64,000 nucleotides of DNA from contig NIVC01001860.1 in the NCBI GenBank assembly GCA_002269645.1, positions 62,001 to 126,000 of the forward strand, read 5' to 3'. A model generated the notes under the pieces. The model saw nothing but the letters and a program-made list of their open reading frames with translations. It made no database searches and had not been told where the DNA came from. Both the position numbers and the translations under genes were made by a program. Positions within the stretch are counted from its first letter, which is position 1, and each line of letters opens with the position of its first letter. This DNA is from Macrostomum lignano. Its lineage: Eukaryota. Positions 13,470-26,950 of this stretch are shown here, in pieces.

Positions 13470-16197
13470 CTTTGATCCGCCGCTGCTGCCGATGCCTTGA
13501 TCTGCCCCATCCCGATGCTTTGATCTGCCACATCCCGATGCTTTGATCTGCCCCATCCCGATGCTTTGATCTGCCACATCCCGATGCTTTGATCTCCCAC
13601 ATCCCGATGCTTTGATCTGCCACATCCCAATGCTTTGATCTGCCACATCCCGATGCTTTGATCTGCCACATCCCAATGCTTTGATCTGCCACATCCCAAT
13701 GCTTTGATCTGCCACATCCCGATGCTTTGATCTGCCACATCCCGATGCTTGATCTGCCACATCCCGATGCTTTGATCTGCCACATCCCGATGCTTAATCT
13801 GCCACATCCCAATGCTTTGATCTGCCACATCCCGATGCTTTGATCTGCCACATCCCAATGCTTTGATCTGCCATGCATGTATCCCGATGCTTTGATCTGC
13901 CACATCCCAATGATCTCCTACATCCCGATGCTTTGATCTGCCACATCCCGATGCTTTGATCTGCCACATCCCGATGCTTTGATCTGCCACATCCCGATGC
14001 TTGATCTGCCACATCCCAATGCTTTGATCTGCCACATCCCGATGCCTTGATCTGCCACATCCCAATGCTTTGATCTGCCATGCATGTATCCCGATGCTTT
14101 GATCTGCCACATCCCGATGATTTGATCTGCCACATCCCGATGCATTGATCTGCCACATCCCGATGCATTGATCTGCCACATCCCGATGCTTTGATCTGCC
14201 ACATCCCGATGATTTGATCTGCCACATCCCGATGATTTGATCTGCCACATCCCAATGCTTTGATCTGCCACATCCCGATGCTTTGATCTCCTACATCCCG
14301 ATGATTTGATCTCCTACATCCCGATGATTTGATCTCCAACATTCCGATGATTTGATCTGCCACATCCCGATGCTTTGATCTGCCACATCCCGATGCTTTG
14401 ATCTGCCACATCCCGATGCTTGATCTGCCACATCCCGATGCTTTGATCTGCCACATCCCGATGATTTGATCTGCCACATCCCGATGCTTTGATCTCCTAC
14501 ATCCCGATGATTTGATCTGCCCCATCCCGATGCTTTGATCTGCCACATCCCGATGCTTTGATCTGCCACATCCCGATTCTTTGATCTGCCACTTCTCGAT
14601 GCTTTGATCACCTACATCCCGATGATTTGATCTGCCACATCCCGATGATTTGATCTGCCCCATCCCGATGCTTTGATCTGCCACATCCCGATGATTTGAT
14701 CTGCCACATCCCGATGCTTTGATCTGCCACATTCCGATGCTTGATCTGCCACATCCCGATGCTTTGATCTCCTACATCCCGATGATTTGATCTGCCCCAT
14801 CCCGATGCTTTGATCTGCCACATCCCGATTCTTTGATCTGCCACTTCTCGATGCTTTGATCTCCTACATCCCGATGATTTGATCTGCCACATCCCGATGC
14901 TTTGATCTGCCACATCCCGATGCTTTGATCTGCCACATTCCGATGCTTGATCTGCCACATCCCGATGCTTTGATCTGCCACATCCCGATGCTTTGATCTG
15001 CCACATCCCGATTCTTTGATCTGCCACATCCCGATGCTTTGATTTGCCACATCCCGATGCTTGATCTGCCACATTCCGATGCTTGATCTGCCACATCCCG
15101 ATGCTTTGATCTCCAACATCCCGATGATTTGATCTCCAACATCCCGATGATTTGATCTGCCACATCCCGATGCTTTGATCTGCCACATCCCGATGCTTTG
15201 ATTTGCCACATCCCGATGCTTTGATCTGCCACATCCCGATGCTTTGATCTCCAACATCCCGATGCATTGATCTCCTACATCCCGATGATTTGATCTGCCA
15301 CATCCCGATGATTTGATCTCCTACATCCCGATGCATTGATCTGCCACATCCCGATGCTTTGATCTGCCACATCCCGATGCTTTGATCTCCAACATCCCGA
15401 TGCATTGATCTGCCACATCCCGATGCTTTGATCTCCTACATCCCGATGATTTGATCTGCCACATCCCGATGATTTGATCTGCCACATCCCGTTGCTTTGA
15501 TCTGCCACATCCCGATGCTTTGATCTGCCACATCCCGATGCTTTGATCTGCCACATCCCGATGATTTGATCTGCCGCATCCCGATGCTTTGATCTGCCAC
15601 ATCCCGATGCTTTGATCTGCCACATCCCGATGATTTGATCTGCCACATCCCGATGCCTTGATCTGCCACATCCCGATGATTTGATCTGCCACATCCCGAT
15701 GCCTTGATCTGCCACATCCCGATGCTTTGATCTGCCACATCCCGATGCTTTGATCTGCCACATCCCGATGCTTTGATCTGCCACATCCCGATTCTTTGAT
15801 CTGCCACATCCCGATGCTTTGATTTGCCACATCCCGATGCTTTGATCTCCAACATCCCGATGATTTGATCTCCAACATCCCGATGCTTTGATCTGCCACA
15901 TCCCGATGATTTGATCTGCCACATCCCGATGCTTTGATCTCCTACATCCCGATGCTTTGATCTGCCACATCCCGATGATTTGATCTGCCACATCCCAATG
16001 CTTTGATCTGCCACATCCCGATGCTTTGATCTCCTACATCCCGATGATTTGATCTGCCGCATCCCGATGCTTTGATCTGCCACATCCCGATGCTTTGATC
16101 TGCCACATCCCGATGATTTGATCTGCCACATCCCGATGCTTTGATCTCCTACATCCCGATGATTTGATCTGCCACATCCCGATGCTTTGATCTGCCC
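13470..16197. repeat. 23-bp minisatellite (GATCTGCCACATCCCGATGCTTT)n, about 118 copies
   Basis: Read directly; it explains all the repetitive minus-strand ORFs here. Confidence 0.97.
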
Positions 16198-16724
16198 CTT
16201 CTTTTTCCACGCCCTTAAGTGCTCCACTTGTTGTAGCTCGTACTGTCTAGGTGGTCTCAGGTGTGATTAAATCGTGCGAACGAGGCCGATTGCTCTTTAA
16301 TTTTAGTCTTCAAATTTTTTCCGACGTGTTAGTTAAAGACGCCAGGGCTGGCTGCCCTTACGCTCGTATATGCATACGGCATACCTTGAGATTGCGTGCT
16401 CACAGGACACGCCATCCAGTCCTTAAGAGCGAGCCACGCCCTGAACTAATGTTAGACTATACACACGGAGTTGATGCAGCAATATCCAAGCCTGCAAAAC
16501 TTGTTATTAATGTCTCTACCTAAGCTTGTATCCACGACGAAGTGATATGGAGCAACTTTGATATTCGACAAATACTACTCTCAAGAGTTTTAATGTATAT
16601 ATGGTTAGTAATGCAAGTTGAGCATGTACATGTACATATATACTGCTGATTTTTGTTGATTGATGGCTTAACGTGTTCAAGCAAGTTGAGGTGGCAAAGC
16701 CTGGTGCAGTTCTCACACTGATTT

Positions 16725-17125
16725 CAACACGTCTGACTCAGAATTCGATACACCTGACTCGGAATTCGACACATCTGATTCGGAATTCGACACATCTGAC
16801 TCAGAATTCGACACAGCTGACTCGGAATTCGACACATCTGACTCAGAATTCAACACGTCTGACTCAGAATTCGACACACCTGACCCAGAATTTGACACAT
16901 CTGACTCGGAATTCGACACACCTGACCCAGAATTCGACACATCTGACTCAGAATTTGACACACCTGACCCAGACTTTGACACATCTGACTCAGAATTCGA
17001 CACACCTGACCCAGACTTTGACACATCTGACTCGGAATTTGACACATCTGACTCAGAATTCGACACATCTGACTCCGAATTCGACACATCTGACTCGGAA
17101 TTTGACACATCTGACTCAGACTTTG
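16725..17125. repeat. 21-bp minisatellite (CTGACTCAGAATTCGACACAT)n
   Basis: About 19 tandem units. Confidence 0.95.
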
Positions 17126-17854
17126 ACGCAGAATTAGTTATACCGCTAATAAAAAACTCATTTCTACGAAATTTATTTGCTAGATGATTTTTTATTTCAT
17201 GCATTTCAGAGTTCGTGCTTTTTAAATTTGCACATCGTAAAATTCGTAGCAAAAAGTTTCATTATGCAGCCCAGAATTAAATGCGTGTCGCTAAACATTC
17301 CTCGATGCTACTTACAGTAGCAAGTCTAGCTTTAGTAAGAAAAAAATCTATAATTTATACCAAACCTGGCTTTCTGTCATACCGGCGTTGATGTGATTTT
17401 AATGACAGTTAATTGTCTATGTTGTATTTACTTTCTTTAAAAATGCTGCAGAATGGGCTGGTAACTTTAATAAATCTATACTCGTATTATTTGAGCTTTT
17501 CGGTCAATTCAAGTAAAGAAATCACAAACAACAGCGAACAGCACCTGTCCATATAAGTAAAACGGTTCAATTAACTTACGACTTTAGTAGCACAGTTTAT
17601 TTATAAGAAATTTCGGAGTGAATCAATTGGATCATGGATGATGGATCTGATGATGATTTGGTTGACCAAGGATCGCAGTCACTGCATACCAGATAATGCA
17701 TTTATATATATATGAATTAGATTACTCAATACAAATGCACTACTGACAGGCAGAGATGATCCGGCAGGGCAAACAAACTGGAGTAGAGCAACTTTTCAGC
17801 AGCAATTCATTTCTCAGAAAGGCATTTAGCTAGAACCAACACAGCAAAAGCGAC

Positions 17855-18400
17855 TTACCCGCAGAGGACTGAATGACAGCCTGCCATGCATGGAATTGGG
17901 AGGGAGAGAGAGCGGGCAGCGGCAGCGGCGTCTGCTGGGCCAGCCGGGGGTCCTCTTTTTCAAGCCCCAAGCAAGGCTGGAGGAGGGCGGCGGGGCTTGC
18001 GCACAATAAACCCGGGTTGGGTTTGGTTGGGTTGGGTGAGAGAGGGGGACAGAGAGCTGGCAGCCTATTGGGCCAAAAAGAGACATAAAGCCGCATGCCA
18101 GCGCCCAGCTGGCTTGTCTTGTACGCTGGCGTGACGTGGGTGCGTGAATCAGCGCTGGCGCTGTGGCCTCGCTGTGACCCCAGCCACAGCCAGCCCCCCA
18201 GTTGAAGCGAAGTGACTCACCCTCCCTCCCAAGTCCGAAGCAAGACAGACCAACTGGCGAACGAAAGAAACAAAGCCCCTTTGCCACTCAATTCCATTTT
18301 CTAACACACTTTGGCGGAGTCCGGGGCTCCGGGGCGGGCAGGGGGACCGGGTCCAAGCAGGCCAGACTGCTTTCTGTAATCTTTATAGTTCTGTATCATA
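17855..18400 (-). promoter_or_regulatory. GC-rich island with minus-strand splice donors; candidate promoter or 5' UTR exon(s) of the dopamine receptor
   Basis: Donors GCGG|GTAAGT (about 17858) and GAGG|GTGAGT (about 18218). An acceptor CTGACTGACACAG lies at about 11226, just upstream of the receptor ATG. The linkage is inferred. Confidence 0.3.
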
Positions 18401-19086
18401 AGTAAACCAAGTGGGCAGGAGGCCTTTGTGTAAAGGGCCCACGCGAACTTCCATTTCAAGGTGAAACAAGGTTTTCGTTATACGAGCTAGTTTCAGCTGT
18501 AGCCTGTAGAGCAGTTTAGTGCTCATTCACAGGATAACGGACCAGTGAGTCTAAAACCCTTTCTTTGTCCACGCGAGGCCAAACAAAATTGAATAAGATT
18601 TGGATGTGCAGAATATATTCTTAAAGAACAACCTTAGCAGCCTTGACATTTCTACATTTAGGAATTAACACACAAGTTCTTATCATTCACATTGCTTTTG
18701 AACGCTATCTCGTCTCCTCATCGCGAGAAATGATTAACTAAACTGAGAAATGGACTGTCTGCGACTATTTATTTCAACTATTAATTGGAGCTCCCTGGCC
18801 CGAGGCACAAATATTAACGGCCCGCCTGGCGAAAAGTGAACTGTACGAAGAATCCGTCAACAATGTACATTCAGATACGGACTGAACGGGACAGGTTTTA
18901 CAGCCCCCACACCCGCTAAAGTGAAGTCCGAGTGCAAGTCGTTTCCATTTTGAGCCGAAGGCTTTTAGTTTTATGGTCTAGCGCTGACTTCACGTGCAGT
19001 TGGGCAAGACTGAATCAGGCCATAAAATTTCTGCAAACTCAGAATGCAGATAAGATATTTCTCCGCCTATATTGTACCGAGTTTAG

Positions 19087-19593
19087 CAGTGGCGCACGCA
19101 GGAATTTTTATTGGGCGGGTCAAAGATTGCTCAAATCAATTTTCTAACGGGTCTGAACAAACTGTACATTGCTTTGAGCAATCTTTGGTGAGCATATGAG
19201 CTTTTGGTTTGGCGATATAGTAAACCGGCCTTAAGGGCGCCAAATATCTGGTGTCTTGGTCGGCGGGGGTCGGCGCCCCACCCGTCTGCTGATGGCCGCC
19301 CCTGTCTCTTGATGGCCATCCCTGTCTCTTGATGGCCACCCGTCTCTTGATGGCCACCCCTGTCTCTTGATGGCCACCCCTGTCTCTTGATGGCCACCCC
19401 CGTCTCTTGATGGCCACCCCCGTCTCTTGATGGCCACCCCTGTCTCTTGATGGCCATCCCTGTCCCTATCTCCGGCCTAGGTTTGGTGGATGCCATGTCC
19501 GACACGTGGCTACCACTCAGTTTTTGAAGTTCAATTTTTGTGGGGCGATTGAGGGGGGGGGGTGACCTGCACCCCCTTGCGCACAGCGTACTG
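19087..19593. mobile_element. hAT-like MITE containing a 21-bp minisatellite (CCCTGTCTCTTGATGGCCACC)n
   Basis: Ends CAGTGGCGCACGCAGG ... CTTGCGCACAGCGTACTG form a loose TIR; no TSD seen. Confidence 0.35.
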
Positions 19594-21894
19594 CAGAGTA
19601 ATTAGTTCACTAAACAATCAAAGACTAAACCGTTCAGGTAGTGTGATGAAATCTTCTGATGAAGCGCATTTTAAACTTTTGCGAGCGTATTAATAAATTT
19701 CAGCCTGTACGAATTAATTTTGTACCCGGCAGAGTGAGTCATCACGTTCATCACTCGCAGGCTGCGGCTGCGCATTGCAATTACTTACATGTACAATTAG
19801 ACTAATGGAAGCGGGTACGCCCAGGTTAAACCAAATATGCAACTTGGCTACACTTGAATTGGAAGTAAAATATACAATGTAGCAGCTAATGTATTCCATT
19901 GTATCAGCCTCGCATCGCAGCATCAACAGATCTGACTCACTCACCCGGGCACGCGCACAAAATGCCCGAATTTAGAAATAGAAAAAGCTCGATGTGGATT
20001 TTCCGGAATGAATAATCATAAATGTGTAGATAGTTTTGGTGGGATGGGATCCGAGAGACGGGGATGCTGGATTCTGGCCACGTGACCGCGCATCCCACTG
20101 TACGCTGCCAGATGGGGAGTTGCACACGTGTACACATGTGGAAAAGATGCCCTGTCTCTACCCCAATACACTGTACGCATCAGATCTGCCCATGCATGCC
20201 GCATACAGGAAATGCCCAGTATAGCAAGAGAAGACTATATCGGATTAGGCTAGCAATATAGGGATAGGTATGCATGAGTAATATTAATAGTGTCACTCAC
20301 ACTACTTAACTAGACTGTGGGACGCAAGTTGCAAGACATTAAAGGTGCTGGTACATGTACGAGTATGGCGCCGCTCCCAGTGTGGCGCTCCCAACGTGGC
20401 GCCAACCTGTGCTGTATTTCTGGCACCAAAAGAAGGCAAATAAGGAAAAAGAGAACGGGTTCTGTCATCAATATTGATAGTTATTACTCCTCTGTGTCAC
20501 TAAAGCTTTCGCGCAGCAGAAGGCGGTGTTGCCTGGGAGGATTCAAAGCACGCATTTTCAATAATAACAAAATTAAACTTACTTAATCATTATGATTAAT
20601 AAATATATTTGTATACATACTGTTAGGCATGTAATAATTTATAAATAATAATCATCTTATCAAATAATAGAACTATTGCGGGGACTTTTCGATTTCGAAC
20701 CTCAAAAATGGGAAGTCTCAAACACCGGACAGGCGTGGCAACAGTCCGATGGAGGGAGCGGGCGGCGGAAGTAAGGGAAAACGCATGCAACTGCGCGCAG
20801 ATTGGTTAATTGAACAACAGCTCACAATTACTGGCCAACACACGCAAAGGAAGGACAAAAAACTGTATATTACTAAATACAAGTAATACGTTAGGCCTTC
20901 TAAAAACTGTTCTAAATTGAATGTTGAATGGTGAATTATTTGGATAATATCTTAGTCGCTAATAAATATTTGATATATAATTATTATAACTAAATTTGGA
21001 AATAGGATTATATAACAGTAAAGCTGCTAATAAGTAATATATGTACATGCTGGGGTCTCTTATACGTGTACAAGCAGATGCTCCCCGTTAGCTCCGTATT
21101 GCTAAGCAAGCAATCAAAGCCTCTTATTATTAAACAGATTAAAAACACGATTTCCAAGCATAACATATTGCAGAATTACAAGCAGTTACTCGTACATGGC
21201 TAACAGGATAAGATTGTCCGATTAACCTCAACACATTCTGCAACGAAACAAACTGGTCTTAAAAAGCATTGAAAATCGTTTGTTCCTACTTAATATTCGC
21301 AATGTCAGTAGTCTAATAAGCTTATGCATGTTATTTTTTATTGGATAAAGAAGAATATTGATTAATTTGCTGAAAAAGCAGAGTAATTTGAATTGAAATT
21401 TGAGGGCAAGTCTGACATGAAACGATTTGAGGGAAAATAAATGGAAATAAAATAAATTGGTGAATTATACTGCGCAACTACTACTGCTAGTAGTAGCAAT
21501 CAGAAGGCTATAATGTGTCTATAAAATATTAAGGGTTTATGTTCCCTAATTCTTGTGGGAACAGTAGGATTTAACGGCGACCGGGGCTTCAGATAAAAAT
21601 AAATAAATAAATTTGAAAATATTACTAAAGCGTACAAAAATACACAACATTAAATAGCAATTTAATCGTTTAATATTGAATTTAAGCCACTAAGTGTTGA
21701 TTAACAAAATACAATGACTATATAAAATAATGTGAAGCATAGCAGTGCACACAGGACTACTAGCTGGCTTTGATGGACAGGCAGACAAAAGCTCTAATCC
21801 ACTACAGGGCATGCTGTGTATATGGGAAGGGTTTATTAGCCTTCAAGTTCTTCGTGTGTGTGCTAGGCCAGCAGGCAGCCGAAGCATTATGTGT

Positions 21895-21923
21895 TCAAAC
21901 TTCAGGCTGCTGCTCCGATTGAT
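21895..21923 (-). CDS. Adducin exon 4 (terminal coding, DQSEQQPEV*)
   Basis: Strong acceptor TTTTATTTTTTCAG, phase-1 compatible with exon 3; AATAAA downstream. Alternative acceptors near 22075 and 22130 are possible. Confidence 0.55.
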
Positions 21924-22230
21924 CTGAAAAAATAAAACATTAAAATTATACGAAAACACATTCAGTAGTTGCTTAAGGACTTCTGCTTCTGGGCTTTTGA
22001 GACAGTGTGCTTTCTTGCCTGTTCATAATTTTCATGTTAGGATAAAACACAACAGACATGGATACTGCGCTACCTGTAGCTGGAATATTGCAGGAGATCG
22101 GAGTGACTTAGGGAGGCGAGGAACAGTCTGAGGAGAGGAAGGGGAGCGAAGCAGCCAGCACGGTTAGAGTCGGGGAAGGGCTAACTGTCAGGGACTGAGA
22201 TATTTTGATGGAGAAATGTTGTAGCTCCTG

Positions 22231-23110
22231 TTGTTATTGATGCTTGTTGTTGTTATTGTCTGTTGTTGTTATTGTTTGTGTTGTTGTTATTGTTTGTGTT
22301 GTTGTTATTGTGTCTGTTGTTGTTATTGTGTCTGTTGTTGTCATTGTCTGTTGTTGTCATTGTGTCTGTTGTTGTTATTGTGTCTGTTGTTGTCATTGTG
22401 TCTGTTGTTGTTATTGTGTCTGTTGTTGTTAGTGTCTGTTGTTGTTATTGTGTCTGTTGTTGTCATTGTGTCTGTTGTTGTCATTGTGTCTGTTGTTGTT
22501 ATTGTGTCTGTTGTTGTCATTGTGTCTGTTGTTGTTATTGTGTCTGTTGTGATTATTGTCTGTCATTATTGTGTCTGCTGTTGTCATTGTGTCTGTTGTT
22601 GTCAGTGTCTGTTGTTGTCATTGTTGTTTGTTTTTGTTTTTGTGTCTGTTTTTGTTTTTGTGTCTGTTGTTGTCATTGTGTCTGTTTTTGTTTTTGTGTC
22701 TGTTGTTGTCATTGTGTCTGTTGTTGTCATTGTGTCTGTTGTTGTTATTGTGTCTGTTGTTGTCATTGTGTCTGTTGTTGTTATTGTGTCTGTTGTTGTC
22801 ATTGTGTCTGTTTTTGTTATTGTGTCTGTTGTTGTCATTGTGTCTGTTGTTGTTATTGTGTCTGTTGTTGTCATTGTGTCTGTTGTTGTTATTGTGTCTG
22901 TTGTTGTCATTGTGTCTGTTTTTGTCATTGTTGTTTGTTTTTGTTTTTGTGTCTGTTGTTGTCATTGTGTCTGTTGTTGTCATTGTTGTTTGTTTTTGTT
23001 TTTGTGTCTGTTGTTGTCATTGTGTCTGTTGTTGTCATTGTGTCTGGTGTTATTTTTGTGAGTCATTATTGTGTCTGTTAGTACTATTATTGTTTGTTGT
23101 TATTATTGCG
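22231..23110. repeat. About 18-bp low-complexity repeat (TTGTTGTCATTGTGTCTG)n in adducin intron 3
   Basis: Read directly. Confidence 0.93.
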
Positions 23111-23232
23111 TCAGTTATTATTTTGGTCTGTTCTGTTGTTGCAACGCCTTCGGCAACTTTGGCTCACAACCAGCGATGAAGCAACTGCCCATCCCGCTGA
23201 CTACTGAGCACACACAAGCTCCGCCCCCTTAC

Positions 23233-23349
23233 CGAAATTCAATTTCTCGGCTTCCTCAGCTGCCGGTTGGCTCTGCTCCGTCCCGGATTCCCCTACCGGT
23301 TCCTCTTTGGCTGACTCAACAGGGTCAGGTTCAGCTGCTTGCGCTGTCT
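23233..23349 (-). CDS. Adducin exon 3 (E/P/A-rich tail, 117 nt, phase 1-1)
   Basis: TTTTGCAG acceptor and G|GTAAGG donor; translates ETAQAAEPDPVESAKEEPVGESGTEQSQPAAEEAEKLNF in frame with exon 2. Confidence 0.75.
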
Positions 23350-23834
23350 CTGCAAAATAATTAATGAAAAATTGACACTTAGAGAGGCGGTTATAATTTT
23401 AATATTGACTTTATTATCCTACTCTAAAATTCCCCCAACCATCCAGCTGGGAGATATACAAAACCAATTAGTTATAATAGTTTGTGTCTGAGTTAGCTGC
23501 AATTCAGAAGATCAAATGTTGAGAGACAATCAAATATAGCCAGTCTTTGATAAGGGAACTGGGCTGCATCATATCCCACTATACCCATATACTGTAGTTA
23601 ATTACGAGCGTAGAGGGAGGAGAAATAAAAGTACAAAATAGAATATAAAGAACAGGGATTAGTACGAACGTTTGGCGTTCCCCACAACAGTGGCACTAAT
23701 AACAAACTATGATGGGGATTAGATCCCACACTACTCACTAATCGGTTTTATATCCAGCAGTAGTTAACAATTAATGTGTTTTATGAATGATTTATGATTA
23801 AATTATTAAATTTAACACACGATGAAAGGATTAT

Positions 23835-24019
23835 ATCCAATACCGGATTAGCAATGGGATTATATCTCACACTGGATTAGTAATGGGATTATATCCCACA
23901 CTGGATTAGCAATGAGATTATATCTCACACTGGATTAGCAATGAGATTATATCTCACACTGGATTAGCAATTGGATTATATCCCACACTGGATTAGCAAT
24001 GGGATTATATCCCACTCAC
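23835..24019. repeat. 29-bp minisatellite starting at the adducin exon 2 donor
   Basis: (GGATTAGCAATGGGATTATATCCCACACT)n; the last unit overlaps GTGAGT on the minus strand. Confidence 0.9.
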
Positions 24020-24800
24020 CAGGAGCATTAGCCTCATCTCCAGCCGGGGCGGCCACAGCCTCCTCCTCCTCTGGCAGTGGCGTGGGCGGCTTCTGTGGCT
24101 TCCTTGGCCGGTCCTCGGGCGCCCGCAGACGCGGCTCCTTGTACACGTAGCCAGTCCGGTAGCCGGCGCCGTCCAGCTCGCGCATGGCGGCCTCGAACTC
24201 CAGCTGGCCGAAGCTCCAGCCATTGGCGCCGGACCTGGCCGCGGCGGCTTTGCCAGCGGCCACGGCGGCCTCAGACGGCAGCCAGAGATTGTCCGGGCCG
24301 CCGGCCGCGCGCAGGCTCTCCAACTGAATCCTGGCGGCGGTCATCAGCAGCTCGGTACGGCGCCAGGCCTCTTCTAAAGTGGCGCCGCAGACGCAGACTC
24401 CGTGATGACGCAACAGCAGGACGGTGGCTTTCTGTCCGATGGATTCGATGAGGGCCGGCCGCTCGCTCTCGTCCGACACGATGCCGTGGAAATCGTGAAA
24501 AGCGACTTCGTCCATGATGGCCAGGGCCTCCGGGCACAGCGGCAGCAGGCCGCAGCGGCTGTTGGCCACGGCCAGGGCTTCGTTAGAGTGCAGGTGCACA
24601 ATGGCCCGGATGTCCGGCCTGGCCGAGTGAATGGCCGAGTGCAGCACCCAGCCGGCCTTATTGACGCCGAAGACGGTGCAGCCACGATCGACAATATCGC
24701 CGGCCAGGTCGATCTTCACCAGGCTGCCGGCGGTGATCTCACGGTACTCCAGGCCGAACGGGTTGATGAGGAAGTGCTCGCTGGCGCCCTCCACGCGGGC
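24020..24800 (-). CDS. Adducin exon 2 (class II aldolase-like head domain)
   Basis: ARVEGASEHFLINPFGLEYREITAGSLVKID, GWVLHSAIHSARPD, VHLH, LLLRHHG and ELDGAGYRTGYVYKEP; acceptor CCGCAG, donor G|GTGAGT. Confidence 0.92.
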
Positions 24801-24847
24801 CTGCGGTATGGAGATTGGGGGCGACAGGCTGATTTGAAACCCCGTGC

Positions 24848-25317
24848 TATACATGTATGTTTGTATGCATGTGGGTATGTATGTATGTATGTGGGTATGT
24901 TTGTATGCATGTGGGTATGTATGTATGCATGTGGGTATGTATGTATGCATGTGGGTATGTATGTATGTATGTATGTATGTGGGTATGTATGTATTTGTGT
25001 ATCTATGTATCTATATGTATGTATGTACGTGTATGTATGTATGCATGTGGGTATGTATGTATGTATGTATGTATGTATGTGGGTATGTATGTATTTGTGT
25101 ATCTATGTATCTATATGTATGTATGTACGTGTATGTATGTATGCATGTGTATGTATATGTATGTATGTGTATGTATGTACATGTATGTATGTGTATGTAT
25201 GTATGTATGTATGTATGCATGTGTATGTATATGTGTGTATGTATGCGTATGTATGCATGTGTGTATGTGTATGTGTGTGGATGTATTTATGTATGTATGT
25301 ATATATTTATGTATGTA
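24848..25317. repeat. (TATG)n/(TGTA)n-type microsatellite in adducin intron 1
   Basis: Read directly. Confidence 0.93.
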
Positions 25318-25540
25318 CCACCTTAGTGACATTAGGTTTGTAAAAGACGCTCCGGTATCAAAACACTTCCGCTCTCCTGGCCAAGGCCATCAGGACTTTC
25401 GTTTCATATGGTCGCGATTTCTGAGCACATGAACGTCAGTGCGCGCTATTTTTTTAATATCTTTGAAATATTTTGCCTAACAGTATAACCGATACAAAAA
25501 TGCCTGACCCCGATGGACATGTTTAGTGATGAAGCAATAA
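25317..25540 (+). mobile_element. Possible 3' fragment of a Penelope-like element (GIY-YIG C-terminus)
   Basis: HLSDIRFVKDAPVSKHFRSPGQGHQDFRF resembles the H..IR....PVA.HF...GH...D tail of PLE endonucleases; short and degenerate. Confidence 0.4.
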
Positions 25541-25968
25541 GCTACCAGTGCACCAATGTGGCTCAGAAGCACACTCAAGTGCATTATAATCAAACGGACG
25601 AAGTTAAAAATTTATTTTAGTAAGCTAAAAATTGTTGTCGCACTCCTCTCGCTAAAATGCATTGCCATATAGGCGCAGGGCACCAGCACAGCCTGTCTCT
25701 GACTGCCTGTGACCCACTTTCCGACCGCAGCAGACTTAAGCACAAACTAACAGGACCGAAGGACAGTGCAATTGCAATACCAGGCCTGTAAAACGCTGCA
25801 TGATGGAAAGCAAGACCACATAGCAACTGCACAGTTAGTGCTTACCCGCCTGACTCTGAGCTATGCTTTATAAACCCTTATGCTTAATAAACTGTTTATT
25901 AGTTTAACTATCTCTATTCTAAAGCTGGAAGACATGCAATACACTATTGTGTAGGTCTTGGTAAGTTA

Positions 25969-26103
25969 TACTGGAATACTGTGACTCAAGCTGACCCACA
26001 AATACTGGAATACTGTGACTCAAGCTGACCCACAAATACTGGAATATTGTGACTCAAGCTGACCCACAAATACTGGAATATTGTGACCCAAGCTGACCCA
26101 CAT
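25969..26103. repeat. 34-bp minisatellite, about 4 copies
   Basis: (TACTGGAATACTGTGACTCAAGCTGACCCACAAA)n. Confidence 0.9.
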
Positions 26104-26254
26104 ATTGAAATATAGAAAATGTGCAATTATATGACTCAAGTGAACCGCGTTGAGTCAAGACTTGAGCCACTATTATAGTTCATAGTAGACTGCATCAGTC
26201 AACATGACCCATATGTTGGAGGGTGATGTAAACAGATCTATTACTGCAATAGCA

Positions 26255-26440
26255 GGTAGTCCAGACCCGCAGTGTACCCAAACTAACGGTCACGTGATTA
26301 TACAGTCCAGACCCGCAGTGTACCCAAACTCACGGTCACGTGATTATACAGTCCAGACCCGCAGTGTACCCACACTCACGGTCACGTGATTATACAGTCC
26401 AGACCCGCAGTGTACCCACACTCACGGTCACGTGATTATA
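26255..26440. repeat. 46-bp tandem repeat (4 copies) spanning the adducin exon 1 / intron 1 junction
   Basis: Unit CAGTCCAGACCCGCAGTGTACCCACACTCACGGTCACGTGATTATA; CACGTG at 26291, 26337, 26383 and 26429. Confidence 0.92.
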
Positions 26441-26950
26441 GATGCCCTCAGACCAGCCGTGCAGGTCAACCAGGCGATAGACGGCGGCCAGCTTACAGCG
26501 GAGCAGCCGCTCCTCGGGCTGGTAGGCTGCCGCATCACCGCCGCGAAGGTCGTTAACTGGCAGCACCGAGGTGGTGGCGGCGGCGACGCTGGATGAAGCG
26601 GACGGAGCTAGAAGGTCGCTCAACTGACGAAGCGCGTCAAGGGAGGCCGGCTGCGCGCCGCCAGTCTTCAATTGGGACTGAACAATCTCCTCCAGTTCGC
26701 GCCGGAACGCCTCGGAGTTGAGTATCAATGAGACGCGTTTTCGTTGCTCCATGAGCGTCAGGTCCTCCTTGATCTCCGCTGGGCGCATGAGCTGGCGCTG
26801 GTACTCAGGGTCCTCGGGATCGATGGAGTCGATGAACTTGGCGTCGCCATTGGCAGCGCCGGCCTTGCCAGCGGCCGAGGGCGCTTTCGATGATTTAATA
26901 GCCGCCGCCGCAGCAGCTGAAGCCGCCGCTGAGTTACTCTTTTTCGGCAT
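26426..26950 (-). CDS. Adducin exon 1 (gene 21895-26950, about 483 aa spliced)
   Basis: DPEDPEYQRQLMRPAEIKEDLTLMEQRKRVSLILNSEAFRRELEEIV, and RCKLAAVYRLVDLHGWSEGIYNHVT|GTGAGT joining ARV of exon 2 as in adducin NHITAR. Confidence 0.93.

Noticed and set aside
13389-16227. Many 100-310 aa repetitive ORFs
   Set aside because: Translations of the 23-bp minisatellite.
16673-17252. SNSESDV / TQNSTHL repeat ORFs resembling Ser-Asp or mucin proteins
   Set aside because: 21-bp units keep frames open on both strands; no signal peptide or splice support.
25500-25540. Hammerhead ribozyme at the Penelope-like fragment
   Set aside because: Core reads GTGATGA rather than CTGANGA, and no matching GAAA or helices were found.
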